The notes: generated from the sequence alone by a model not told the origin. Shown: positions 17,787-26,236, counted from the first letter of the stretch. The stretch: DNA of 32,692 bases from Acidobacteriaceae bacterium (GCA_019244945.1 JAFASD010000434.1:1-32692); one strand, 5' to 3'. A program made the numbers and translations.

Positions 17787-18803
17787 ATGCCTTTCGCGGC
17801 ACGCATAGGCGATCCAATCGGACACAGTCCAACTATGAGCTGGTTGGTCGACGGATTGCTGATCGGCGCTGCGGTCGCCGCAGCGGGGGTGTTAATCGTT
17901 GGGACGGGAGGACTGGCGGCAGCAGCCATCGTTGGTGGAGTTGCGGCGACGGGCGCCGGCATAGGAGAAGTGCTCTCAACGATGAGTTGGGCACCAAAAG
18001 ACGTCGTTGGTGCAATTGTAGGCCAGTGTTCGGAAAACGTTCTGATAAACAAGAAATTCGCCGCGAGAGCTCATCCGGATTTAACGAACTGTTGTAAGCA
18101 TGAACCCTCTCAGCCTCCTATTGCTGAGGGGTCGGCAACGGTGCGAATTAATGGATTGCCCGCCGCGAGGGTGAGCGATCGCACGAGTTGTAGCGCCGCT
18201 ATCAGCAATGGTTCCATCAACGTACGAATAGGCGGCGGGCGAGTGCAGACGGATGTAATTCGGCCGGAAGATCTCGTTCCGGGATGGGTGAACGCAGCGT
18301 TATTTGCTGCAGGTCTCGCGAGTGCAATCATTCTTGCTGGACCCGTCGTTGCTGTGGCTGGTTTGATCGGGGCGTATGCTGGAGGCGGGATCGGCGCATA
18401 TGTTGGGGGCGAGATCTGGGGTGAAGGTTCGGATGCTCAGAAATGGGCGACGCTTGGTGGATCGTTCGTTGGCGGAGGACTCGCAGCAAAGGGCGGGGCT
18501 TGGTTCGACAAGAACTACGTCATTACGTCTGAGGGGCTGGGTTCGAACTTCGGAAATCTTCGAATTCGTCCCCGCTTGCCAGAGTTGGATGCGACCGGCA
18601 AGGTACATGGCGAGTTGCCTGACTACGTGCCAAGTAACTGGACGAGGGATCAGCTCGGGGATCTCAAGTCTGATCTGGAAAAGAGCATCGAATTTCGAAA
18701 ACAGGAGCAAGTGCAACTTGGTGAAGATGGGCCACACAGGGCTCGTATCAACGATGAGGAGCGTTTGCTTCGACAAATAAATAAGAAGTTAAGTGGCAGT
18801 TAG
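17787..18803 (+). CDS. prePAAR-TMD-PAAR-TMD T6SS effector with short uncharacterised C-terminal domain
   Basis: ATG 17787 is preferred because the ORF start at 17709 overlaps the chaperone gene. Residues 4-13, AARIGDPIGH, match the prePAAR motif AARxxDxxxH. Gly/Ala-rich TM helices span aa ~18-60 and a PAAR-like region spans aa ~75-150 (RINGLPAARVSDRTSC). A second Gly/Ala-rich TM region covers aa ~165-237, followed by a ~100-aa C-terminal domain with no motif I recognise. Confidence 0.85.
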   Translation: MPFAARIGDPIGHSPTMSWLVDGLLIGAAVAAAGVLIVGTGGLAAAAIVGGVAATGAGIGEVLSTMSWAPKDVVGAIVGQCSENVLINKKFAARAHPDLTNCCKHEPSQPPIAEGSATVRINGLPAARVSDRTSCSAAISNGSINVRIGGGRVQTDVIRPEDLVPGWVNAALFAAGLASAIILAGPVVAVAGLIGAYAGGGIGAYVGGEIWGEGSDAQKWATLGGSFVGGGLAAKGGAWFDKNYVITSEGLGSNFGNLRIRPRLPELDATGKVHGELPDYVPSNWTRDQLGDLKSDLEKSIEFRKQEQVQLGEDGPHRARINDEERLLRQINKKLSGS

Positions 18804-18825
18804 CAACGATCGAAAGGAGGATAGC

Positions 18826-19488
18826 ATGGAATACGCAGAGCATTTGATTCAGAGAATCTTGGACGCGCCTGATCACTCACGTGTCGCCGTTTTAGCCAAT
18901 GAATTGCTACGAGAGTTTCAGCGGGGGTACTCGGTTGAACGGCTTCGCCCTCTGCTAGCCAGCTATGACGGTGGAATAGTTGCAACTGCTGCCTGGATCG
19001 CTTCAGAGCTAGCGGAAACAGCGCGGCCTCTGCTGAGCGAAGTTGTACCTTTGCTAAAGCATCCTGCGAAAAGGGTCAGATTTCACGCATTGGATTGCCT
19101 TTTCTGGGCATCGATCGAGCAAGGATCGGAACTCGCCGCAGCATTTCGATTGCTGGGTGACGCGGATTCTGGTGTCCGCTGGAAGGCGATGCACCTCCTA
19201 GCGAGCCTTTCAGCTGAAAAGCTCCGAGCTGGTTTGAGGTTTCTGGCACAATCCGAAGGTGACGCGGAGCTCGCACGCGGCCTATCTTGGTTGATCTCCT
19301 CGGAAGCCGAGCGTCCTGAGATGATCCTTGCAGCCTTGGGATCGGACGATGCAATTATGCGCCGTTTTGCCGCCTTAGCTGCCGCCCGAAATCGGACCGA
19401 GCTGCTTGGGGACGTCTCCACAAGTGGAGATGATGAGGTCAGTGAGTTTGCACGCGGAAAAATGCGCCTTGCTCAACAGTCTGCCTAA
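18826..19488 (+). CDS. HEAT-repeat protein, candidate immunity protein for the upstream effector
   Basis: ATG 18826 is preceded by AAAGGAGG with a 5-nt spacer. The protein is all-helical with HEAT-like repeats (PAKRVRFHALDCL; DADSGVRWKAMHLL; SDDAIMRRFAALAA) and has no signal peptide. The immunity role is inferred from position only. Confidence 0.6.
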   Translation: MEYAEHLIQRILDAPDHSRVAVLANELLREFQRGYSVERLRPLLASYDGGIVATAAWIASELAETARPLLSEVVPLLKHPAKRVRFHALDCLFWASIEQGSELAAAFRLLGDADSGVRWKAMHLLASLSAEKLRAGLRFLAQSEGDAELARGLSWLISSEAERPEMILAALGSDDAIMRRFAALAAARNRTELLGDVSTSGDDEVSEFARGKMRLAQQSA

Positions 19489-19581
19489 ACGCGCAACGGG
19501 TACGTACTCGACAGCATCGACTTACTCGGTCGCCGATTATGGAGCTAATAGTTATTTAGTTCCTCAGATAGGACAACTATC

Positions 19582-19701
19582 ATGTTTTGGGTGCTTAGAA
19601 ACGCGACGAGAAAGCGAACCGAGGTAGTCTGGAGCAAAGGTCTCTTCTTGACTCCCCGAGGTTTCGAAGCTCAAGACGGTTTCATCAAATCGCAGCTGTA
19701 G
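19582..19701 (+). pseudogene. Relic of a tssK 5' end (39 codons, TssK N-terminal motif, then stop)
   Basis: It translates to MFWVLRNATRKRTEVVWSKGLFLTPRGFEAQDGFIKSQL*. The VVWSKGLFLTPRGFEAQD segment matches the TssK N-terminal consensus (W-x-x-G-x-F-L-x-P-x-H-F-Q-x-x-D). It aligns at ~30% identity to LVWRDGTFIVAQHFQASD of the full-length tssK at 21206. It has the same orientation as the main operon. Confidence 0.5.
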
Positions 19702-19727
19702 TTCCGGTCAATGCACAGTTAGCGGGT

Positions 19728-21206
19728 TCAGTGTTGGGGAGCGATAGGACCAGTAAACACTACAATCAACTCCAATGTGGGATCTTTGATTTCCGCCTGC
19801 TCCAAAAAAATTGCGATCTGAGTCGTCTCTACGAGGTCTTTCCAGATCGGTGCAGCGTCCGATGTTTCGGATAGGGCGAAGTATTGAAAGTCCTCTCGCG
19901 GGGCAATCACGCCAGGGCCGTTGGGCCTGTGCTCAAGCGGTATACCCGGTCCTGCGGCGCCCCGCATGCGAAAGACGCTAGTGTTCGGAGCCGGCTCGCC
20001 CGGTTTCCCGCGAACTGCGGTGCCAACCTTCGATTTGGCAGCGGTCGAAGTCAGGGCGCCCACCTTCGCCGGTTTATTCGATTCGGGCGGTAGTCTGAAT
20101 GCCTTGATTCCCAGGAGGAACTCACCATTTTCCAGATCCTCTTTCGGGATCGGATCCGAAATATAGAACTCCCCGTCTCTCGTGAGTGGAATCAAACGCC
20201 AGTTGGTACGCCGAGCCCCAGCGAGCAGGTCGCGAATTAATTGGATTAATTCTTTGAATGGTGCGCCCGGTGAAAGGTGATCATAGGCGGGCAATGTCGA
20301 GAAAATGCTGCAAAAGGCCTGCAAAGATCCCGCAAACTGTAGTAAAGTACGAAACATTTCTGCGGGGTGGCAACCCACTTGCCGGACTCCGGATGTTGTC
20401 GTCTCCGGAAGGGCAATGAGGTGCTTCAAGTCGACTATTTGACTGTTCAGCGTCTGCAACAGAAGGAGATCGCGGTAGGAATCGTACCCTGAGGATGCAG
20501 CAGAAGCCCGGTCAGAGGTGCCGATCTCACGAGAAAGTGACTCGCGGAACGAGACCAGGTGCTTCACAAGCTCATCGACAGATCCTTTGAGTGCGATGTG
20601 AGCTCCAAGTGTGAGACAAGGAGGGACAAACTTCTCGTCAGGAACAACAATTCGCTCGGGCCTGGACACGCGTGCAATAGGGAGCCATGAATAGCCATCC
20701 CGCTTTTCGGTCGAGAGGAGTAAAAGAAAATTCGGCACGGCAAACGTGATCGGATGGTGATCGTCGGGGCTGGCCTCTAGTTGCTCGGCATTGTCCGTTC
20801 CAATTAAGACAGTGTTTGAGATGTAGCGAATCGGCCTACTGGGACTACGGCCTTCTGGGACGAACACGTTCGCAGCATCCAACCGCGCTCGCGGAACAGC
20901 GAGCAAAATTTCGATCTGTTCGATATCCTTGAAGGCTGCGGAATCAACCTCACGTTCCAGATGAATGGCCGCGCCTTCGGGTATATCGAAGAGCAAACCG
21001 TCCGAGAAGATGCCGCTTGCCCGTGTGATCGAAATCGTGTTCCCGGCAATGTGCGTCTTTAGCTCTAAAAACCCCCAATCCGCGTGATAAGAAGCGAGAA
21101 AGCGGAACTGAAGCGCATCCTCAACGTAAAGGTCTGACGCCTGAAAGTGCTGCGCGACGATGAATGTGCCGTCACGCCAAACAAGTCTTTGCAATCTAGG
21201 TCTCAT
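19728..21206 (-). CDS. tssK: T6SS baseplate protein TssK (ImpJ)
   Basis: 492 aa. The N-terminus MRPRLQRLVWRDGTFIVAQHFQASDLYVE matches the TssK consensus. It is the only core T6SS gene on the minus strand. Confidence 0.9.
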   Translation of the reverse strand: MRPRLQRLVWRDGTFIVAQHFQASDLYVEDALQFRFLASYHADWGFLELKTHIAGNTISITRASGIFSDGLLFDIPEGAAIHLEREVDSAAFKDIEQIEILLAVPRARLDAANVFVPEGRSPSRPIRYISNTVLIGTDNAEQLEASPDDHHPITFAVPNFLLLLSTEKRDGYSWLPIARVSRPERIVVPDEKFVPPCLTLGAHIALKGSVDELVKHLVSFRESLSREIGTSDRASAASSGYDSYRDLLLLQTLNSQIVDLKHLIALPETTTSGVRQVGCHPAEMFRTLLQFAGSLQAFCSIFSTLPAYDHLSPGAPFKELIQLIRDLLAGARRTNWRLIPLTRDGEFYISDPIPKEDLENGEFLLGIKAFRLPPESNKPAKVGALTSTAAKSKVGTAVRGKPGEPAPNTSVFRMRGAAGPGIPLEHRPNGPGVIAPREDFQYFALSETSDAAPIWKDLVETTQIAIFLEQAEIKDPTLELIVVFTGPIAPQH

Positions 21207-21242
21207 CAGTTACACCATGCGCGGGCCGCCAGGGCTCCGAGG

Positions 21243-21974
21243 GTGCATTATAATACTGGACCACACCCGGAAACAAACGTGGATACTGAATCCAGCCCAG
21301 TACTGATCGGTCAGACAGAAACTGTAGCGCTCGCCTACCACGAATCGTTGACTTCAATCGCGCGTATCGATGAGGATATCCCAACCGATGCGTCCGAAGT
21401 GGCGGCATACGGAGAATCGCTGCGGGGCTTGGTGGATGACAATGCTGCCGACGCGCGCGCAATCGGCCAAAAGCACAACTATCCCGATCAGTGGTTGAAT
21501 TACTGTGAACATGCCGTTCACGCTTTCCTTGACGAAGTTGTTGTCAATCACAAGCGCGCACGAGATTTTGGTATCTGGTCACAAAAGGATCAGAACGCGG
21601 GTGAGACATATTTCACTCACCTCAACGAACTTACCGCGCAAAAGACCAATACGAAGCAGTTGGGAGACGTGCTCTCACTGTTCGCGCTATGCATGGAACT
21701 TGGATTTCGAGGTCTTCGCTCGCACGAAGACGTCGAAATGCGCCTTATTGCAATAACCGCTCGGATCGAGATTTGCGGATTCATAAGTCCGCCGGTTTCC
21801 GAGTACCCCCGGCTCCCCGAAGCCAAAAGAGACTCTGCCAATCGGGCACCCTTTCTCATTGGGGTGCTGGCCGCCCTGTTGCTCCTCTTGGTCTACGCCG
21901 TAATGGCGGTAACCCTAAATAGCAAAGCCGATGAGGTTAAAGCCAGTTTAGCCGAAGTGCAGGCCCGGCCGTGA
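21243..21974 (+). CDS. tssL: T6SS membrane complex protein TssL (DotU)
   Basis: DotU motifs AVHAFLDEVVVN, ETYFTHL and LSLFALCMELGFRGL, plus a C-terminal TM helix (PFLIGVLAALLLLLVYAVMAV). ATG 21147 would overlap the tssK 5' end by 60 nt. GTG 21243 (or GTG 21279) is therefore more likely, and the start remains uncertain. The stop overlaps the tssM start. Confidence 0.8.
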   Translation: MHYNTGPHPETNVDTESSPVLIGQTETVALAYHESLTSIARIDEDIPTDASEVAAYGESLRGLVDDNAADARAIGQKHNYPDQWLNYCEHAVHAFLDEVVVNHKRARDFGIWSQKDQNAGETYFTHLNELTAQKTNTKQLGDVLSLFALCMELGFRGLRSHEDVEMRLIAITARIEICGFISPPVSEYPRLPEAKRDSANRAPFLIGVLAALLLLLVYAVMAVTLNSKADEVKASLAEVQARP

Positions 21975-24900
21975 TGAAGGAATATTTTTGGCCGTCGGTC
22001 GCCGGTATCACCATTTTTGCAGCGATATTCTTCGTCGCGGACGGCCTTATTGGGCGTGCGAAGGTTTTGGTGTTGTCTGCGGCGGGTTCGGCTGTTGCAG
22101 CATTGGCGGCGTCCAGGCTATCAAAACGGAATGAAAGAGACACACACCGAGAAAGCGCAACGGTCGATTCGGGGCCAGTGCCGCAACCGCAGGCTGGTTC
22201 TCGGCCGAGCAACCTCCTGACCGATGTCGCCAAGATTTGCCGTTTGCTCAAGAAAGCGTCTGAGCGCGGCGTCGCCTTTCTTGTTTACGAGAAATGGCCT
22301 GCGGACCGTTCGGTTCTTGCCCATTCCGGCACGGGCTGCAAAGAGATCGTTAACCGTCCGGGAGGACGACTCAGCAAATCTTATGAGTTCTACATCGAGC
22401 TGGGCCTACAAATGGCCCTCGATCCGACTGTGTGGCGACGATTCTCGGCCGCACTTTCCGGATTCGCCGGAAATCAAAGCTCCGCGCGGGCGCTGATTCT
22501 GGTACGCGATCTACCCTGTGAGGGATCAGAGGAGGTTTCAGCATCTGATCAATGGCAAAAGGTAGTCTCAGTTGCTACCGCAGCAATCGGGGGTCGAATT
22601 CCTGTGTATGTAATTTATCGCGGACTCGAAAACGATTCCGATATTGGCTCTCTCTTCGCCAAATACGCTGGTTTTGTCCGACCAAACGACGCGCTTGGGG
22701 TGACTCTGCCCGTTCCATTGAATGTTAGCGAAGCAAATTGGACGGCTTATCAGGCCGGACGGATTGACACTGGAACAAATTCGCTTTTCACCCGTCTCGC
22801 TGAGCGATTACCTGTCCAGCTCGGCGTTCCAGACCAGACGGACAACCGCAGAGCCGCATTTCGATTTCCGCGATTCTTCCGGTGGTTTCCCAAAAGCCTA
22901 GGGACAGACTTGGTTGAGCAAACTGGAGCCGACCCGGATGCCGCTTTCCTGCGGGGCTTTTATTTTACTGGGATGGGTGTACGTCCGGTAATCGAATCTC
23001 CTCTTGCTGAAATCCCAAGCAAATCTGAATCGGATGCACATGCTCTGTTAAAAGGGCTTCGAGCGAGTCTTAGACTCAAGCGCGCAGCTTTGCGACCTGC
23101 TCGACTGTCCTACCCGGAAGCGCGGCGTCTCGAGCCGGAAGCTCCGAGGTTTCTCGAGGGTGTTTTCAACGTCGTTGTTGACGATCTGCGCCGCTGGTCA
23201 GGGGCACCGGCGCGCTGGATGCGAGTAGCATTCTTTGCTGGTCTCGGGCTTGCGACCGTGATCGGCGTATTGTTCATTCCGTGGTACAAGAACCATCGTC
23301 TTCTGAACGATGCACAGGCGGTATCGGTGCGGACTTCAACTTCAACAGACGTGTCGGACTCTCAGCGGGTAGCCGGTTTGATGGTTCTGGAAAAAGCCCG
23401 GATGTTGGTCGAACGCCTTCGCGATCACGAAACGAATGGCCGACCGTTTTGGTTTGGCTTTGGCTTCTACCAAGGCCGAAATATAGTGGGGGATGTCCAG
23501 CAGGCGTACTTATCCCACGTTCGATCGGAGCTTGTAAGTCCAACGCGTGAGGCGATGCGCGGTTTCTTGCAAGCCTTACCAGGTTCTCGCAGTTCGTTGC
23601 CGGAAGACACTCAGCCCAGCTTTAAGAATACATACGACACGCTGAAGGCCTACCTGATGATCACCTATCGCCCTGACAAGGTCGACAGCGAATTCCTCAC
23701 TGAAGCACTGACCAACTGGTGGATGAAAACCCGAAAATTCGACCGCAAAGATGTGCGCGATCTCGCGGCAAAACAATTCGCCGCGTTCAGTACGGATCTG
23801 ATCGAGAATTCGCCTGGTCGCATAACGCCGGGCTTGGAGGTTGATCGAGGCCGGAAGTATCTGCAGGCCTTTGGCGCGACCGAAGGCGTTTACGAGCGCA
23901 TAACGGACGACGCCTCCAAGAAGGTTCCGGAGATTGATTTCGCCGCGCTCTACTCGCAAAGCGCCCAGGTGATTGTGAAGACGCCGCGAGTTCCGGGCGC
24001 GTTTACCAAAGTGGGCTTTTCGCTCGTTTCGAAACAGCTGGCGCAAATTTCGCAGGCTTTCAAAGTCGAACAATGGGTAGTGGAGTTGCCGTCCATCGAC
24101 ACAGTCCAGGTGACGACAGATCTTCGTGAGAGGTACGAGAAGGAGTTCATCGCTGACTGGACTACCTTTCTCAAGCAGACCGATATTGTCGTCTGCCGAG
24201 CCCGCCTCCAAGATACGGCAAAGCAACTGCGCCTACTTTCGGGGGCGGACGGACAATCTGCACTGATGCAGTTGTTTGGGGTTGTTGCGCAGAATACTGA
24301 TGTGCCTTTCGCAAGTCCAATGTTTGTGCCGGTCCAACACATTGTCTCCCCTGATCCTGCAGCCACCCAGTCAATCGCGGACCTGAAAAAAGCTCTTTTC
24401 GAACTGTCCGATGCGCTGGCTTCCGCGCCCGAAAACGACGTGCGCTCGTCGGTCGGGGGTCAGATACGCAGTGCAAACTCTGCTGTTTATAACGTCAAGC
24501 AACTTGTGGTCGGAGTTGGCTCTCAAACGAGCGGAGAAGCCGGAGAACAAGAAAACGTTGTGCGCAAAGAAGTGATTCGTTTACTGGATCGTCCAGTAAG
24601 CGAGGCCGAGGCCTGCATTCCGGGACTCCAGTTCGGCGGATGTCAAAAACTTATGGCGGCCGTTGCCGGTTACCCGTTTGGCCGGCGCGGCGAGGCGACA
24701 GTGACCGATGTTGATACATCGATCGCATCTCTCAACCAGTTCTATCGTGATCGGCTAAGCGACGTAATTACTCATTCGGACAGCGGATACGCCCCGAATT
24801 CTGCGTCAGGGAAGCAGGTGAACGGAGACTTCGTACGGCTGTTGAATTGGTCAGAAAGAGTAAAGAAGGCTATCTCGGGTTCCAATGACGTCTTGATCCG

Positions 24901-25303
24901 AGCGTCGGCCACTCCGGGAATTAAATCAATCAAGTTGAAGGTGGATGGCCAAGAACAAGAACTCGTACTCGGGCGAGATGAGTTCCAGCGCTTTACCTGG
25001 AAACAATCTGCTGCTGGCGCGGAGATGAGTGTGGCGCTTGATGGAGGCGTTTCCGTTCCTGGTCCGCCTGCACCCGGTCCGTGGGGAATACTGAGGCTCT
25101 TCGATCAGATGCATTTGGTGAGGCGTTCGGATTCGGAGGTGTCGTTTGATTGGGAGATAAGAGAGAAGGAAACGAACCGTCCACTATTGAACGCAAGCGG
25201 GAAGCCATTGACCATAAGCTTTACTGTTAAGGGGGCGATACTCCCGCTGCTCGATCCGGCGAGCCGAGCGTTCGCGGGATGCCCCTCAAAGATAGCCGAG
25301 TGA
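21971..25303 (+). CDS. tssM: T6SS membrane complex protein TssM (IcmF)
   Basis: 1110 aa. It has two N-terminal TM helices, a cytoplasmic domain, a third TM helix (WMRVAFFAGLGLATVIGVLFIPWY) and a large periplasmic IcmF-like region. The GTGATG start (21971 or 21974) overlaps the tssL stop. Confidence 0.9.
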   Translation: MMKEYFWPSVAGITIFAAIFFVADGLIGRAKVLVLSAAGSAVAALAASRLSKRNERDTHRESATVDSGPVPQPQAGSRPSNLLTDVAKICRLLKKASERGVAFLVYEKWPADRSVLAHSGTGCKEIVNRPGGRLSKSYEFYIELGLQMALDPTVWRRFSAALSGFAGNQSSARALILVRDLPCEGSEEVSASDQWQKVVSVATAAIGGRIPVYVIYRGLENDSDIGSLFAKYAGFVRPNDALGVTLPVPLNVSEANWTAYQAGRIDTGTNSLFTRLAERLPVQLGVPDQTDNRRAAFRFPRFFRWFPKSLGTDLVEQTGADPDAAFLRGFYFTGMGVRPVIESPLAEIPSKSESDAHALLKGLRASLRLKRAALRPARLSYPEARRLEPEAPRFLEGVFNVVVDDLRRWSGAPARWMRVAFFAGLGLATVIGVLFIPWYKNHRLLNDAQAVSVRTSTSTDVSDSQRVAGLMVLEKARMLVERLRDHETNGRPFWFGFGFYQGRNIVGDVQQAYLSHVRSELVSPTREAMRGFLQALPGSRSSLPEDTQPSFKNTYDTLKAYLMITYRPDKVDSEFLTEALTNWWMKTRKFDRKDVRDLAAKQFAAFSTDLIENSPGRITPGLEVDRGRKYLQAFGATEGVYERITDDASKKVPEIDFAALYSQSAQVIVKTPRVPGAFTKVGFSLVSKQLAQISQAFKVEQWVVELPSIDTVQVTTDLRERYEKEFIADWTTFLKQTDIVVCRARLQDTAKQLRLLSGADGQSALMQLFGVVAQNTDVPFASPMFVPVQHIVSPDPAATQSIADLKKALFELSDALASAPENDVRSSVGGQIRSANSAVYNVKQLVVGVGSQTSGEAGEQENVVRKEVIRLLDRPVSEAEACIPGLQFGGCQKLMAAVAGYPFGRRGEATVTDVDTSIASLNQFYRDRLSDVITHSDSGYAPNSASGKQVNGDFVRLLNWSERVKKAISGSNDVLIRASATPGIKSIKLKVDGQEQELVLGRDEFQRFTWKQSAAGAEMSVALDGGVSVPGPPAPGPWGILRLFDQMHLVRRSDSEVSFDWEIREKETNRPLLNASGKPLTISFTVKGAILPLLDPASRAFAGCPSKIAE

Positions 25304-25317
25304 TTATCTGAATTACG

Positions 25318-26034
25318 CTAACCCCCTCGATGCTTCACTTCTTCAGGAGTGAGGTTTGTCTCGAAACTGCCGTACACTCTGAAAGGTTTGCCCTCTCTTG
25401 CTGCTACCTCCTGTGGAACAAAAACGGTCCATCTTCCGTGAACATTTCTTATCTCAAAACCTTCGTCGAAACCTCCGGGATTTCTGTACGTGGTAGTGGG
25501 TAGATAGGATCGGAGATCACGCACATCCACATCGCTCCAACTGGAGGGTAGCTCGAGTCCGTGCTGTCCTCTCCGATCTTTGTCATTTCGGGTGAACCCA
25601 AAATGATACGAATCTTTCTCGATCTCATAACGCTTAACATCGCCTCTTCCGATGTCACTTACTACAACATCGAAGTGCCCGAGTGAATTTTTCAAATCTA
25701 GGATAAATGGTTGCATGTTATATGGGTCCAAATGATGTCTGCCCGGTTTTGCCTTTGTCCATTTCACGATCCATGCTTTCCATTCATCAGGTATGCTGCC
25801 CAAATCGTAAGCGGTGCCGCTTCCTGCCACATAGTGCTCTAGCAGCGCTGCGGAGAATGGGGGACCCAATTTCAGATAGTGGTTGATGAATCGCAGTAAA
25901 TAAGGCCTTCCCCTACGAGGCGTGAGCAGCGCCACGTGAAGCGCCACATTTCCCAACTCGCGATGCTCCGCAGGTGAGTTCGGGTTTGGCAGACGGAAGA
26001 GGCTCCGTCGCCGTTTCGGCCATTGTTCCGCCAT
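25318..26034 (-). CDS. Hypothetical cytoplasmic protein (238 aa)
   Basis: The ORF runs 25318..26088. ATG 26034 has AGGAGG immediately upstream (3-nt spacer). No signal peptide, TM helix or recognisable motif. Convergent with tssM across a 14-nt gap. Confidence 0.6.
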   Translation of the reverse strand: MAEQWPKRRRSLFRLPNPNSPAEHRELGNVALHVALLTPRRGRPYLLRFINHYLKLGPPFSAALLEHYVAGSGTAYDLGSIPDEWKAWIVKWTKAKPGRHHLDPYNMQPFILDLKNSLGHFDVVVSDIGRGDVKRYEIEKDSYHFGFTRNDKDRRGQHGLELPSSWSDVDVRDLRSYLPTTTYRNPGGFDEGFEIRNVHGRWTVFVPQEVAAREGKPFRVYGSFETNLTPEEVKHRGG

Positions 26035-26180
26035 TATCCTCCTGATCGTGCAACAAAACCGCACCAAGGAGCAAGCGTTTTCTTTCAAACCACGCCTACG
26101 GTGAACCGCCAGGCGGACCTTCTCGCTCGGTTATAAAGTACGCAGATCGCACTCAGCGGATGGGCAATTTTCATTTGGTA

Positions 26181-26208
26181 TTGACAATGCCACTGAACGT
26201 GATATGCT
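26181..26208 (+). promoter_or_regulatory. Sigma-70-like promoter candidate for the gene at 26237
   Basis: TTGACA (26181-26186), then 16 nt, then TGaTATGCT (extended -10; hexamer 26203-26208). The -10 lies ~15 nt upstream of the AAGGAGG RBS and ~28 nt upstream of GTG 26237. Confidence 0.45.
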
Positions 26209-26236
26209 CCAATCCCGACTCATAAGGAGGAAGCGT

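Noticed and set aside
21147-21242. ATG 21147 as the tssL start
   Set aside because: It would overlap the 5' end of the divergently oriented tssK by 60 nt. The encoded extension (MLRDDECAVTPNKSLQSRSH...) looks like antisense translation. The GTG starts at 21243 or 21279 are preferred, but the start stays uncertain.
8484-24366. Many 100-216-aa ORFs antisense or out of frame inside T6SS genes (e.g. 8484..8927, 9183..9668, 9699..10208, 13427..13969, 16201..16659, 18300..18776, 23576..24226)
   Set aside because: They lie entirely within strongly supported genes. They have Arg/Ser/Pro-rich, low-complexity composition typical of antisense frames in GC-rich DNA, and no motifs or RBS.
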